Virus record (IMG/VR): IMGVR_UViG_3300032116_022045 | Strand: one strand, 5' to 3' | Length of the DNA stretch: 64,000 bases | From: a virus | Lineage: Duplodnaviria; Caudoviricetes | Shown: in pieces, positions 38,553 to 50,088 of the stretch | Numbering within the stretch: the first letter of the stretch is position 1 | Layout: each line of letters opens with the position of its first letter | Notes under the pieces: generated by a model | What the model was told of the DNA's origin: nothing | The model's input: only the letters and a program-made list of their open reading frames with translations | The model's database searches: none | Position numbers and translations under genes: made by a program

Positions 38553-39476
38553 TTAGATTGATGTAATATTAGTGAATGATTTAGTAAAATCAATATTAGT
38601 TCTTTGTTCTCTAACTTCAAATAATGGATTACCATTAAACACATCTTTAATTTCGTATAGAGTATATTGTTTGTAAATGTCATTACTAAAGTTATATATA
38701 GTATAAATACCATCTTCAAGTGATTTAGTCTGATTACCAAATAATCCAAATGCAAGTGATTCAATATCGTATTCAACCATCTCTATTTCAATCATAATAG
38801 GATTAAAAAAAGTATTAGTTATTATAACTTGTTGATTTGGTTGACCAATAAAAGGAAAAGCATTTGGTTTAACATTTGATGCAGATGATGGTGATAAAGT
38901 ACAAAATACTAATGTAGAATTATCATTGAATCTATATCTAATAGCTTTTTGATTAGAATTAGTTAAATTCTGATTTACTGGTTCTGCACGATTATTTGAT
39001 GTTACTATCCTAAATAAATTATTTATTTTAGCATCTGGTGCTGATGTATTTGTATTTAAATACTCTATCCTATATCCAACTAAATTATTATTCTCAAATT
39101 TTGATAAAAAATTACTTGGTATTGTTGCTGTATCAAATAATACACCATTTATGTCTGGATATGCCGATAAAACACCAATATCAACTATTCTTGTACGTAT
39201 TTCAACAGGTTTTATAATTATGGTATAAAAACCTTTAATACCAAATGTTGTAGCTGGTAATTTTAATGTATATAACCCACCAAAAATTTCAAAACCAACT
39301 ACATTTGATTGTGTTTTATTAGGGTTATCTACTTTTAATAACACATCATTAGAATTCAATTTTATTAAGCTGGTATTACCTATTTTATCTCTAGATGGTG
39401 TGAAATGATAAAATATTTCAACATCCTCTGGACTTACATCTGATGGTCTTACTATACCTACTGTTCCTGTTGCCAT
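38553..39476 (-). CDS. Conserved structural-module protein
   Basis: 307 aa within the baseplate operon. Confidence 0.55.
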   Translation of the reverse strand: MATGTVGIVRPSDVSPEDVEIFYHFTPSRDKIGNTSLIKLNSNDVLLKVDNPNKTQSNVVGFEIFGGLYTLKLPATTFGIKGFYTIIIKPVEIRTRIVDIGVLSAYPDINGVLFDTATIPSNFLSKFENNNLVGYRIEYLNTNTSAPDAKINNLFRIVTSNNRAEPVNQNLTNSNQKAIRYRFNDNSTLVFCTLSPSSASNVKPNAFPFIGQPNQQVIITNTFFNPIMIEIEMVEYDIESLAFGLFGNQTKSLEDGIYTIYNFSNDIYKQYTLYEIKDVFNGNPLFEVREQRTNIDFTKSFTNITSI

Positions 39477-39488
39477 TTATTTATTTTT

Positions 39489-40352
39489 TTAAATTGTTGT
39501 TATATTATAAAATCCATTACCATATTTAATTAAATTATCTAAATTCTTTATTTCAGATAATCTTAAATGTAAATCTATAACAGATGTTATTGTTCTATCT
39601 ATAAATACATCGTTTCTAACTTCTGGTTGAGAAATTATTCCAAATAAATATTCTTCTTTGGTTATCGCTGATAATGAAACGTTTGTATTATTTATTCCTT
39701 CAGTTGTGTATTTAAAAGTTGTTAACGGTACTAATTCTAAATTACCATCTATTAAGACTTGTCTTGATGTACCAGTATAATCGTAATATAAGAATCCTGT
39801 TGTTTGGTTATTTGTACCGACAAATAAATTATCTTCAGCGTCAATAGCATATATTTTAGGTTCTGAATTACTTGTAACTCTACTAACACCACTTATTGGT
39901 ATATTTTTATAATTTAAATATCCTTCTTTTTGTATATTTAAACCAACTTTATATCTATCATTTCTATCGTAAGATGTAACTTCATCAATTTTACTTTCAG
40001 TAAAACCAGTTAATACATTATTACCATAATTATAAAAATCAGATTCAACTTTAGATGGTAATCTGACTGTTAATTTTTCTGTTGGGTTTGTTATTTGTGG
40101 CATAGTTGGTGTAACACCAACCATAAATGGAAATGTAATACCACTAGATGATAATTTATTTGTTAATATACTATAGTTGACAGGTGTTTGACTTTTTTCA
40201 TTAAATTCAATGTCTGTAAATAACCCCATGTTATCAATATTTTGCGTTAAAAAAACATTGATATAAAAAGTATCAGCAGTTAATTTACCCCAGTTCTTAT
40301 CTGTTCTGGATATACTGTCTTCTAAATATATTTTTCTTTTAATAACCTCCAT
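39489..40352 (-). CDS. Conserved structural-module protein
   Basis: 287 aa within the baseplate operon. Confidence 0.55.
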   Translation of the reverse strand: MEVIKRKIYLEDSISRTDKNWGKLTADTFYINVFLTQNIDNMGLFTDIEFNEKSQTPVNYSILTNKLSSSGITFPFMVGVTPTMPQITNPTEKLTVRLPSKVESDFYNYGNNVLTGFTESKIDEVTSYDRNDRYKVGLNIQKEGYLNYKNIPISGVSRVTSNSEPKIYAIDAEDNLFVGTNNQTTGFLYYDYTGTSRQVLIDGNLELVPLTTFKYTTEGINNTNVSLSAITKEEYLFGIISQPEVRNDVFIDRTITSVIDLHLRLSEIKNLDNLIKYGNGFYNITTI

Positions 40353-41179
40353 TATAACGCTTGTATTTTAAATAAATTTATTGATACACTTGATGGGTTT
40401 TGTGTGTATGTAACGTTATTTTGTGTGGAAGGACCATTGCCTTGATATGTATCATCTATTTGATAGTAATAGCCTGTCTGGGTTCTAAATAGTTTATATC
40501 TGGTATAAACTTCTCTAATCAAAATATCTATTGGTTGTGCGTTTGGCTTAACCATTAGATTTGTTGACTTACCATCTTTAGCGTTTTTAAAACTTGCTTT
40601 CATATATAAATATTTGAACTCACCAACCTTTAATATATCTCTATAATCATATAAATAGTAACCTTCTAAGAAACCTCTCTGATTTGTTAAAGGATTTTCT
40701 AAAACAAATGTCAATGGTATTTGATTGGCTGGTTTTGGTTGACCAGGTAATCCAACAATAGTATTAAATGGTAACAAATCACTAGGTTTTAATTGAGAAA
40801 AAATAGTCTGTGTTGTTACTAATTGTTGTGTCATTGGGTTATCTGTATCATAAAAAGATAAATTTAAAAACGTTTGTTTAAAATTTAATTTTTTAAATTT
40901 AATATCATCATCACTAAATCCTATATCACCATAAGTTGTTAAACCACTTAAATCAACAACATAATTAATCTTATTTATTTGATTATTATTTAAATCAACT
41001 GGTATATATCTTGTTTTATCAAAATCTATGATAGGGTTAATCGCATTTTCTGTTTCAACATCAACAAATACTCTATCTATTAATTCTGCTTGGTCAGCTA
41101 ATTGATATTCCATAGTAAATGGAATATTAATTGTTGTTGCTGTTGTTGTACTATCTATTCTTATTTGGTATCTATTCAT
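40352..41179 (-). CDS. Conserved structural-module protein; start revised to ATG 41179
   Basis: Revised start removes the overlap with the upstream stop at 41185. Confidence 0.55.
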   Translation of the reverse strand: MNRYQIRIDSTTTATTINIPFTMEYQLADQAELIDRVFVDVETENAINPIIDFDKTRYIPVDLNNNQINKINYVVDLSGLTTYGDIGFSDDDIKFKKLNFKQTFLNLSFYDTDNPMTQQLVTTQTIFSQLKPSDLLPFNTIVGLPGQPKPANQIPLTFVLENPLTNQRGFLEGYYLYDYRDILKVGEFKYLYMKASFKNAKDGKSTNLMVKPNAQPIDILIREVYTRYKLFRTQTGYYYQIDDTYQGNGPSTQNNVTYTQNPSSVSINLFKIQAL

Positions 41180-41184
41180 AATAA

Positions 41185-42891
41185 TTAACAAACATCTTCA
41201 GCAGAATTGGTATTAAACCTATCTGTAACTTTATTTTCAATAGGGTCAGCTGGAAACTTAGCATAATATAACCCCCACTCATTAAATGGGTCTTGTCTTT
41301 TAACTAAAAAACAATAATTACCATACATATAATGAGCATTGTTTGTAAAAGGATAGTCTAAGAATTCATTAGTCGTATCATTATACCCAATTGGTAATAA
41401 ATCTCTCCACAAATATCTACCATCACCCATGTTAATAGCATATGATGGTTTGTTTTCTGTAAATTCATCACCTTGCTCAATATAACTTGAAAAGTTTCTT
41501 ATTTTAATCAAGTGATGTGATTTATAATAATAACCCTCTTGTCTAGGTCCTAAATTAATTGTTGTATTTGTAACTAATTGTGGGTTAGTTTCCCTATTGT
41601 TTGTATTAAATCTATGGTAAACATCAGCTAATACCGTTTCTATAAGCTCATTTTGGTTATAATCAACTAAATCACCATAAAAATCAGTGCTACTAAATAA
41701 AACATTATTCTCTAATGGTATATGTGTAGGAAATGGTGATGACCCACCATTATGTATTTTATTTATTACTGGTATTGATGTTAAATACGTATTTGTTAAA
41801 CTAGTATTTAAATTAGATATAAATGGTGTTTCAATACCTGAAGATACATTTGTAAATAACCCATTGCTACTTGTTTTAACTATAGTTAAATATAATTCAC
41901 TTAAAGGTCTGCCAAGATTATCAACTAAATTAGATACATCAATATCCTCATTAAATGTGAATTGGGTTATAAAATCAGAAAATATATTTTGACTAAAAGC
42001 CAATTTATATATTTCGTAATCATCTGGTTCTATTACTTGTGAATTTCTTGTTTTTATTTTTCTAAAAATTCTAAAATAATATTTTGATTCAAAACCATCA
42101 GATAATCTTTTAATTCTTGAGTTACCAGATATAGCACCTGTTGGTGGTCTATTTATAACAAAATAGTTTTCTTTTAAATCACCATTATCTAAACCAGTTC
42201 TAACAACAGTATGGTCACCATCATAACCGTTTGTACCTGTTATTCTAACCGTATCTCCTATAGATAAATTATGTTTACATGGTAATCCTATCGCCACCAT
42301 TGATATTGTTGATATAGTCGCTGGTAACGCATCGCAAATTAATAACCCGTTTAATACCATAGTATGACCAGAATCAACAGCAGCTGGATATGTTATAGTT
42401 AAATCCCAATTACTGATAGGTTGTGGTACTGAAGTATTATATGGTTTAATATCTGATATAAATGAAAACCTTTCTCTTTTTGGTTCCATGTCAATAAAAT
42501 TACATAACCCAAAAGTTGTTTTATTAGGGTTATAATATCCAAACCAACCATCAATATCTTTTAAATTATTTGTTATTCTATCAAAATATGTGTCACCATT
42601 AAAAATTGTGTTATTGAAAGTACTATAAGTATACTCATCATTAACCAATGAATTATTTAAGTTAATTAATCCATTTGATACTGTTGAATTTAATGTGCCA
42701 ATAATTCTATAAAAAGAACATTTGTTTCTTTCTCTATCAAATATTTCACCAACGTCAACAATATTATTAATATCATCATTTGGTAATAATTTTTGTGTGC
42801 TATCTAAATTTATTTTTAATAACGTATCTGTATTAACAGAATTTTTTGACGTATTTACATTCAGTATTTGTTGTATTCTTTCTTCGTTCAT
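41185..42891 (-). CDS. Virion structural protein; start revised to ATG 42891
   Basis: HNLSIGDTVRITG...YDG small beta-barrel motif; revised start follows the upstream stop at 42894. Confidence 0.55.
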   Translation of the reverse strand: MNEERIQQILNVNTSKNSVNTDTLLKINLDSTQKLLPNDDINNIVDVGEIFDRERNKCSFYRIIGTLNSTVSNGLINLNNSLVNDEYTYSTFNNTIFNGDTYFDRITNNLKDIDGWFGYYNPNKTTFGLCNFIDMEPKRERFSFISDIKPYNTSVPQPISNWDLTITYPAAVDSGHTMVLNGLLICDALPATISTISMVAIGLPCKHNLSIGDTVRITGTNGYDGDHTVVRTGLDNGDLKENYFVINRPPTGAISGNSRIKRLSDGFESKYYFRIFRKIKTRNSQVIEPDDYEIYKLAFSQNIFSDFITQFTFNEDIDVSNLVDNLGRPLSELYLTIVKTSSNGLFTNVSSGIETPFISNLNTSLTNTYLTSIPVINKIHNGGSSPFPTHIPLENNVLFSSTDFYGDLVDYNQNELIETVLADVYHRFNTNNRETNPQLVTNTTINLGPRQEGYYYKSHHLIKIRNFSSYIEQGDEFTENKPSYAINMGDGRYLWRDLLPIGYNDTTNEFLDYPFTNNAHYMYGNYCFLVKRQDPFNEWGLYYAKFPADPIENKVTDRFNTNSAEDVC

Positions 42892-42893
42892 AA

Positions 42894-45800
42894 TTATCCT
42901 GTTATTGTTATTGTGCAACCAACATTATCTGTTATTGTTACTGTTATTGGTGAATTGCTAGTTATAGCCTGATTAATAGGGAATGGTGTGCTAGTGTATG
43001 GTGAGAACCCACCTGTTGGTGTGTTTATTGTTCTAATGTTACCACTAACAGTTATTGTAGAATTTAATGGTGCTATTGGTAGCGGCATTATGAATATAGG
43101 TATCTGTATTTCATTACTAACACATGTATAATTAGATGTATTACTAAATCTTATTCTAATATTAGAGTTTAATTGATTTGATGGTATTGTTAATGTCATA
43201 GGTGTACTTGAATTAACAAATGGCATTGTTGTTTGTATATAGGTACCACCATCTAAACTATATTCAACATACGCTGTGCTATTTGGATTTAAACCAGATG
43301 TAATCCTAAATGTTACAATATATTGATTAGGACTACATTGTTTTGTTAATTCTGCTTGTGTCCCAGCAGATATTGTTAATTGCTGATTTAATGAACTAAC
43401 AATAGTGCTAGTTGTTGCTGATGTATTGTTAGAATCAACTACGTTTGTTATATATGTACCAGATGTTAAATTCTGTAAATTTAATGACGTGCTAAAGAAG
43501 CTATTAGGTCCAGTTGTTTGAACACCATATGGTTGTGTTCCGCCATTAACTGTAATTAATATAGACCCATTACCACTATTAAAACATTGTTCATCTGTTT
43601 TAGTTGTTGTTACCGCAATTGAAGTTGGTCCACCTACTGTTAATCCGCTAATTAATGTCGTTTGTTGTGGAAGTGAATTATCAGTTATAGTTAATGAATA
43701 TCCTATAGTATTATCAACTGGTAAATTTGATAACACTAATGGTGGTGTTATGTTATTACCTGTTGAAATAATCCCACCAAGACCATTTCTTAAGATATAA
43801 GAATATGGTGGTAATCCACCACCAACAGAAGCAATAGTTATTTCACCATCATTAGCCAATACTGATGATACGTTCTTTGTTACACTAACAACACCATACA
43901 ATGGTATTGGTCCACCTACTGTTATTGTTTTATTAACTGGATAACCTAAACTATCTGTACCGCTTATTATGTATTGTCCTTGTACTAAACCATTTAATAC
44001 TACTTGATTATTACCTTGTACTGTACCAGTGTTATTATATGAATTAGGTCCAGTAACAGTATATGAAAATGGTGAATTAACACCAATAAATGAGAATGTT
44101 ATTGTACCATTATTTAAAGCTTGATTATTAACCACTGTTGATGTTGCGTCAATTGTTAAGACACTTTTTTGAACAACAGGGCAAGTTACAAAATATTTTT
44201 TTGTTAATTTTTCAACAGCTGATTTACCTGGTATAATACCAAAATAAAAATAGTAAGAATGTTTTGGTTGTGAAAAACTAGTCTGATAATTACTAGGATT
44301 AAACCCTCTAAATTCCACATATTCTTTACCATTTTCTGTTAATGAATCAACTGAAAAAGTGTTTGTATTATTTTTATTAAAAAGAGTATCTGGTATTGTA
44401 TTTAAAGAGTATGGTTTATTTAAAATTGTAAAATCATTTCTAAATTGAATACCAAAATCTGTATCAATATCGTTACTACCAATAACACCATCTGGTGCTA
44501 TTATAGTATTATTAACTGGGTCTATTTTTTGTTCATCTATATCAACACCATATTCACATATGTGTCTAATATTTGAACATTGTCTAGAATCAACATGGAC
44601 ACCACAACAATTGATAGCAAAAAATAACCCATCTTTTTTATCTGTTAAATCAATCATACCAGTTTCAACTAATATTTTATTATTGTTGTTGTCTTCAAAA
44701 TATTCTGATATATCTGGTGGTAATTTATATGTTGTTGGAATTAAAAACTGTTGTAGTTTTGGTTGTCCTTGCCAATCACAATCAAATACTGAACCTAATG
44801 ATATAATATCTGTTGCAAAGAATTTAACATCACCATTTCTTGATGTTGCGGCATAATATAAATCATCATTAAACTTTTTTACAAGCCCTTCTCTATTGTT
44901 TAGTATAAAATCTTTATATTGTGCTTGACAATCATCAAAACCACCGCCTGTTAAACCGCCTAAAGAACATGCTTGAGTATATACACTAGCTCCATTACAA
45001 TTATAACAAGTATCAATTAACTTAACATTGTTACAATTATTTTCTGAATCTCCTATACGACAATCGACATCACAAAATTTTTCTTTTTTATTTCTTCTTA
45101 TTTTTTTATATTTTAATAAAAAAGAATATAATGAACCATTAATCCAATCATTATAAAAATCAAATTCAAATAAACCTAAAGCCTTTGCAATTTGTAATGA
45201 AATACATTCATCAAGACTACATAAATTAAAGACACCATCTATACCAGTTGGACAATTTTTTCCTGGGTATACATCTATTGGTTTTCTATCATTAGCTGTT
45301 TCCCAAGTTGTTTTCCATTTTGGTTCAACATCATCAGGGAATTTTAATTTTTTATTACCTAAAATAATTGCAAATAAATTTACTATTTGACCCAATGTAA
45401 AATGTAAAATACCAGCTACAATATAAAAACTAAATTTAAAAAGTTTAATCGCCCTATTTTCAAGTATATTATCTTTTCTACAACCTGGTGCGTATACTTT
45501 TGGTGAGTCTTCACCACATTCTATTGTTAAACAACCAATATTATTGCCATCAGCGTCTTCTAATATTTTTTTAAGGGGGAAATTTTTTTCTAACTCATAA
45601 AAAGCACACCATAAGCTTTTTGTTTTAACATTTGGGTCAAAACATCTACTTTGTGAAGGGTTTACGAAATCTCTTAACTGTTGACCTAGTGATGGTGCTA
45701 ATAAGCTTATTGGTAACGAAATAGCAAATAATATTATAGATATAATACCTAAAACTATAAATAAAATAACAATTAATACTGCCAATATAGGGTTTATTAT

Positions 45801-47303
45801 ATAAGCTACAATTGTATTAACAACCCAAGTGAATATATAAAATAAAACATTTATTGGTGGTAATATAAGGTTATTTAAACCCCAAACAATTTGTCCAATT
45901 ATATTAATTAATAAACATAATACTGAAAAAATTGGATTTGTGTCTGTATGTATTTTATTATAAGGAAATGGTGTTTTATCTCCAACGCAATCATCAATAT
46001 TCTTTAACCCTGTTGAATTTCTATCTCTTGGACCAGCACCAACTTTTTGATACCTTGATATAAATGAACTTACTGTATATATCTTATTCCAATATAAATC
46101 CCTAAAACTTGTATCTTTTGTGTCTGGACCAAATTCATAATCAATTTCACTCTGGTTTTGTGGGTTATTTGGTACCAAATATTTTGCTCTTGTCCTAAGT
46201 CTACCTTCACCACCAGTATCATCCATACCTATTTTAAACCTAACACTAGCTCTTGTTGGTATTCCAACATTAGGGTCTTCTGTTAATTGTAAATTACCAA
46301 ATTCATCAGTAACAACATAATCAAGATTCATAGGTATCTGATAAGCCCAAGCACCATTTTCATCAATAACTTGTCCACCCTCAACATCAAAAGATTCTAT
46401 TGAACCATCAATAGTTTTTCTAATCATATTAATGGTTCCTTGACTTGTTTCTTGTTCACATAATAAACCTAATTTTCTTCTTGGTCTACAATTTTTATTT
46501 ACACTATTTTTATCTTGGTCACCAAATATACTACCCATAAAAATAGCATTAGGTATTAATGTATAGTTTAAATCAAAATCAACCCTTGTTATTCCTATCT
46601 CACACGTTTCAAAATTTCCCCAAAAAGGTCTGACATTAACACCAGCATTTGATGTTTTTATTTGTGGTAATTTATCTAAATTTGTACCACCTTTAAATTT
46701 TGTTGTACTTTCAAATAACTTTTCAGATGAACCTTGATTTATTAAATCATAAGGCCTCTGTGATGCGATACCAATGTCTGATATATCAGCATCAATATGT
46801 AAGGTATAAGTTCCAACAGGGACTCCAAAAAGCATAAAATCACCAGCGTGATTTGTTGTTGTGGTGAATTTATAATATTTACAATATATTTTATTTAAAA
46901 CTTCATTATTAAGTATCTCACGCTTATCAGGGAATGTTCCAACTGGTGTATAGCAATCATTACCAACATCAGCATTTTTAGGCAATAGATTATATCTTAC
47001 ACCATCAATATTCCTATCAGTAATAACTTCATAAGGATATAGACCACTAATTAATGGGTCTTCTTTATCAATATCATCAATAGGTATAAAAACACTTACC
47101 TTGGCATTAGGAACCCCAAATCCAGAGTTTATTGTTACCCTCCCAACTATTGCACCATAATCAGCACAAAAGTTCCTATAAGCCTCTTCTTGAGATATTC
47201 TTAAACTTAATATCTCAATAAAATCAAATTCTTGTTCAATAGGTACTTTTATGTACTTATCTAATCCATTTGGTGTTGTTCTTATTCTTATTGTTTTAGA
47301 CAT
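42894..47303 (-). CDS. Very large virion protein: transthyretin-like N-domain, central hydrophobic segments, C-terminal SprB-like repeats
   Basis: GRV...GVPNAKVS...TNHAGDF...VP.GTY; ~75-aa hydrophobic stretch; G.I......GG..PY.Y...L..GTY...V.D repeats. Confidence 0.65.
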   Translation of the reverse strand: MSKTIRIRTTPNGLDKYIKVPIEQEFDFIEILSLRISQEEAYRNFCADYGAIVGRVTINSGFGVPNAKVSVFIPIDDIDKEDPLISGLYPYEVITDRNIDGVRYNLLPKNADVGNDCYTPVGTFPDKREILNNEVLNKIYCKYYKFTTTTNHAGDFMLFGVPVGTYTLHIDADISDIGIASQRPYDLINQGSSEKLFESTTKFKGGTNLDKLPQIKTSNAGVNVRPFWGNFETCEIGITRVDFDLNYTLIPNAIFMGSIFGDQDKNSVNKNCRPRRKLGLLCEQETSQGTINMIRKTIDGSIESFDVEGGQVIDENGAWAYQIPMNLDYVVTDEFGNLQLTEDPNVGIPTRASVRFKIGMDDTGGEGRLRTRAKYLVPNNPQNQSEIDYEFGPDTKDTSFRDLYWNKIYTVSSFISRYQKVGAGPRDRNSTGLKNIDDCVGDKTPFPYNKIHTDTNPIFSVLCLLINIIGQIVWGLNNLILPPINVLFYIFTWVVNTIVAYIINPILAVLIVILFIVLGIISIILFAISLPISLLAPSLGQQLRDFVNPSQSRCFDPNVKTKSLWCAFYELEKNFPLKKILEDADGNNIGCLTIECGEDSPKVYAPGCRKDNILENRAIKLFKFSFYIVAGILHFTLGQIVNLFAIILGNKKLKFPDDVEPKWKTTWETANDRKPIDVYPGKNCPTGIDGVFNLCSLDECISLQIAKALGLFEFDFYNDWINGSLYSFLLKYKKIRRNKKEKFCDVDCRIGDSENNCNNVKLIDTCYNCNGASVYTQACSLGGLTGGGFDDCQAQYKDFILNNREGLVKKFNDDLYYAATSRNGDVKFFATDIISLGSVFDCDWQGQPKLQQFLIPTTYKLPPDISEYFEDNNNNKILVETGMIDLTDKKDGLFFAINCCGVHVDSRQCSNIRHICEYGVDIDEQKIDPVNNTIIAPDGVIGSNDIDTDFGIQFRNDFTILNKPYSLNTIPDTLFNKNNTNTFSVDSLTENGKEYVEFRGFNPSNYQTSFSQPKHSYYFYFGIIPGKSAVEKLTKKYFVTCPVVQKSVLTIDATSTVVNNQALNNGTITFSFIGVNSPFSYTVTGPNSYNNTGTVQGNNQVVLNGLVQGQYIISGTDSLGYPVNKTITVGGPIPLYGVVSVTKNVSSVLANDGEITIASVGGGLPPYSYILRNGLGGIISTGNNITPPLVLSNLPVDNTIGYSLTITDNSLPQQTTLISGLTVGGPTSIAVTTTKTDEQCFNSGNGSILITVNGGTQPYGVQTTGPNSFFSTSLNLQNLTSGTYITNVVDSNNTSATTSTIVSSLNQQLTISAGTQAELTKQCSPNQYIVTFRITSGLNPNSTAYVEYSLDGGTYIQTTMPFVNSSTPMTLTIPSNQLNSNIRIRFSNTSNYTCVSNEIQIPIFIMPLPIAPLNSTITVSGNIRTINTPTGGFSPYTSTPFPINQAITSNSPITVTITDNVGCTITITG

Positions 47304-47312
47304 TTAACAGAA

Positions 47313-47663
47313 TTAATTTTTACTTGTTATGTCTTCAACATCCAATAATACAACATCATCTTCAGTTAATACGCTTAATTCTTCATAATCATCATCTTCC
47401 TCTGGCTCTTCATTTAATTTAACATTCATTTTCTTAGCCACAATCGCTAATAAATTTGTAATATCAATATTCTGATTAACAACAATAGTTTTAAATAAAA
47501 ACCAAATAAAAAATATATTAATAAATGGTAAACCAATTATTAATACAAATAAAAAATACATACTATTAATTAACGTATTTTTAACGTTACTAACAGAAAT
47601 TTTATTTTCATTATTACTTAAATTTGTTGGTGTTATATCACCACTTTTACATCCACAACTCAT
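47313..47663 (-). CDS. Small membrane protein
   Basis: MSCGCK N-terminus, one long TM stretch, acidic tail. Confidence 0.65.
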   Translation of the reverse strand: MSCGCKSGDITPTNLSNNENKISVSNVKNTLINSMYFLFVLIIGLPFINIFFIWFLFKTIVVNQNIDITNLLAIVAKKMNVKLNEEPEEDDDYEELSVLTEDDVVLLDVEDITSKN

Positions 47664-47720
47664 TGTTTTTATCGTTTTATTATTAAATAATATAATTATT
47701 TTATTGTTAAAGAAAACAGT

Positions 47721-49541
47721 TTATTTGACCCTTACTTTAATATCAGTTTCAGGGAATTTAATTTCATATAAACTTGTTGGTTCCCCGAATAAAGTAAAAT
47801 CTTGTGATATATCAACTTGTCTGGTTGTTGAATCCAAATAAGGTTGTGAAATCTCATTTAAACTATATTTACCTTCACCTACTTTATTAAACACTCTTAA
47901 ATCAATTACGTTTAATACACCACCAACATTATTTATTGCCTCAATCAATTGTGACATGTATATATTATCACCCATTTCAAAATTATTGATATTCATATAA
48001 TTCTGTATGGTTATTATTACTTGTGTTACAATGCTTGATTGTGGTTGTCTCTTATCAATATATAAATCAACTTCAAACGCTAAATTTATTATCCTACCGT
48101 TAGTTACTTGAACATAATCATTTAACATTCTATATTGAGCCAAATAAGTGGCTATATTATCTCTTAATGTGCTTGTTGATGTATTGCTTAGTTTTCCTTG
48201 TGCATTTAATCCTAATATGTATATGTTTATTTTGTTTTGTTCTTCAAAGACACCACATCTAAATGGTACACCAAATCTACCAGGCATTAATGCAATTCTT
48301 GCTTGATAATCTTTAATTGTAACTGCTCTATTCTGAGAAGCAAAATTATATTTAACCAAATTCCTTAATTCATTAACACTAGGTTCATCTCTACCACCTA
48401 ACGCTGGAAATGCGTTATTGACAGTTAATGATGTTCTAACAGCACTATTTATTGTCTGGTCTGGGCCATTTACTGTCATATCTAGTAATCCTAATCCATT
48501 AATAACATTAACCCCAAGATTTGTATCAGCACCACCACCAACTCTATATTTAACAAATAATGTTGTATTTGGTTTTAGTGTTTCACCTAATGTGTTATTA
48601 TTAACGAAATCACCAATTTGATTTATTAAAGCAATATTTGAATCAAAATCACATAAACTTGTGACATCTCTTGAACCACTACCAAAAATCATTTTATAAA
48701 AACCCAAGTCAGTGTATTCTGTCATGAATTTTTTTGTTGTTTTTATCCATTTACCAACCAAAACATTTGAATTATCTGATGCTCTTGTTGTATCTTCAAC
48801 ATAAATTTTATCTTCAGCCAAAGCATCAACTTCAAACCACCTTAAATCATTATTAAAAAAGTTATCAATATTTGGTGTTGTTGGATAATTTGTGCCATCT
48901 AATGTAATTACTGAATCAATAGACAAAACATTTGTATCTGGTAATACAACTTCTAAAAAAGGAACAACATCACTAACTGTAATTGGTCTTTGATAATATT
49001 TTGTGTAACCATTAACGACCATTTCTCTCTTTACCAAATTATAATTTATAACATTGCCATTAGCATCAAAATTTGGTAGAATTAATCTATTTGGTATACC
49101 ACCAATTGTAAATGGACTTGAAAAATCAATATCTGACATAGTTTCAAATACTTTACCTGCACCAGTTACTTGTGAACCAATTCTTATTATTGGCGCATAT
49201 GAAACATCAAATGTATCACCAAATGTCGGTACTGTTACCGTGAAATCAACAATTGTTACACTAGGTCTTTTACCTGGTACCTTTAACCCAAATGTCCTTG
49301 CTAATGATAATATAGATTTTCTCTCTTGTGCATAATCTATTTGTGTCTCTTGGAACATTCTGTCAGTATTATGTGACAACATGTCACCTACAGCTGCATT
49401 GAGTTCCAGAAGCATTAGTCCGATGGATGCATCGTTAAAATCATTAAAAAACTCACTATAATATTGTCTAACCATATTAATAAGGTCAGTACGTATATCC
49501 ACAAAGTTTCTGGAAGAGTAATTAATACCTTGATTTGCCAT
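47721..49541 (-). CDS. Baseplate wedge protein (T4 gp6 / baseplate J-like)
   Basis: SRNF..IR.DL, DFNDASIG..LLE..A.VGDML, YRVGGG...N, GGRDEPS...L, QNRAVT..DY. Confidence 0.85.
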   Translation of the reverse strand: MANQGINYSSRNFVDIRTDLINMVRQYYSEFFNDFNDASIGLMLLELNAAVGDMLSHNTDRMFQETQIDYAQERKSILSLARTFGLKVPGKRPSVTIVDFTVTVPTFGDTFDVSYAPIIRIGSQVTGAGKVFETMSDIDFSSPFTIGGIPNRLILPNFDANGNVINYNLVKREMVVNGYTKYYQRPITVSDVVPFLEVVLPDTNVLSIDSVITLDGTNYPTTPNIDNFFNNDLRWFEVDALAEDKIYVEDTTRASDNSNVLVGKWIKTTKKFMTEYTDLGFYKMIFGSGSRDVTSLCDFDSNIALINQIGDFVNNNTLGETLKPNTTLFVKYRVGGGADTNLGVNVINGLGLLDMTVNGPDQTINSAVRTSLTVNNAFPALGGRDEPSVNELRNLVKYNFASQNRAVTIKDYQARIALMPGRFGVPFRCGVFEEQNKINIYILGLNAQGKLSNTSTSTLRDNIATYLAQYRMLNDYVQVTNGRIINLAFEVDLYIDKRQPQSSIVTQVIITIQNYMNINNFEMGDNIYMSQLIEAINNVGGVLNVIDLRVFNKVGEGKYSLNEISQPYLDSTTRQVDISQDFTLFGEPTSLYEIKFPETDIKVRVK

Positions 49542-49598
49542 AATATTTTTAATTATAAATATATAGCATGAAAAAAATTAATGAATAATTATTTTTTG

Positions 49599-49985
49599 TT
49601 ATATTTTAACTATAATAAAATCTCTTGCTGTAAAAACACCGTCATTAATTGTGTATTCTAATTTTATTACAGCGGTATATTCTCTTTCTTCATCTTCTGT
49701 AACTGATAAATTATCAATATTAATTGTGGGGAAATATTTTTTTACTGTTGTTGATATTTCATCTTGTAAGTCACTATATGTGATACTATCATTTGGTTCA
49801 AATATATATAATAATAAATTAGTACCAAAATCTGGATTATATAATCTCTGACCCTTTCTTGTTAATATTAAATGCATTAAATCAGCTTTAATTGCAGCAT
49901 TATCTGTTGTCGTTAAATCAAGAAAAAAACCCTCTGGACTATTCTTAAACGGAAAATTAATATTTATATATCTCTTGCTAGCCAT
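49599..49985 (-). CDS. Baseplate wedge subunit (T4 gp25 / GPW-like)
   Basis: IKADLMHLILTRKGQRLYNPDFGTNL...FEP. Confidence 0.88.
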   Translation of the reverse strand: MASKRYININFPFKNSPEGFFLDLTTTDNAAIKADLMHLILTRKGQRLYNPDFGTNLLLYIFEPNDSITYSDLQDEISTTVKKYFPTINIDNLSVTEDEEREYTAVIKLEYTINDGVFTARDFIIVKI

Positions 49986-50024
49986 ATATCTTTATTTTAT
50001 AAATATATTAAAACATAATTTTAT

Positions 50025-50088
50025 ATAAATAAAAAAACCCCTAATGTTATTTAGAGGTTTTATTATTTTTGTGTGGTGGGGTTATTTA
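50025..50088. repeat. Direct repeat containing a terminator-like hairpin, copy 1
   Basis: ATAAATAAAAAAACCCCTAATGTTATTTAGAGGTTTTATT...TGTGGT.GG(G)TTATTTA; partner 50474..50536. Confidence 0.9.
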
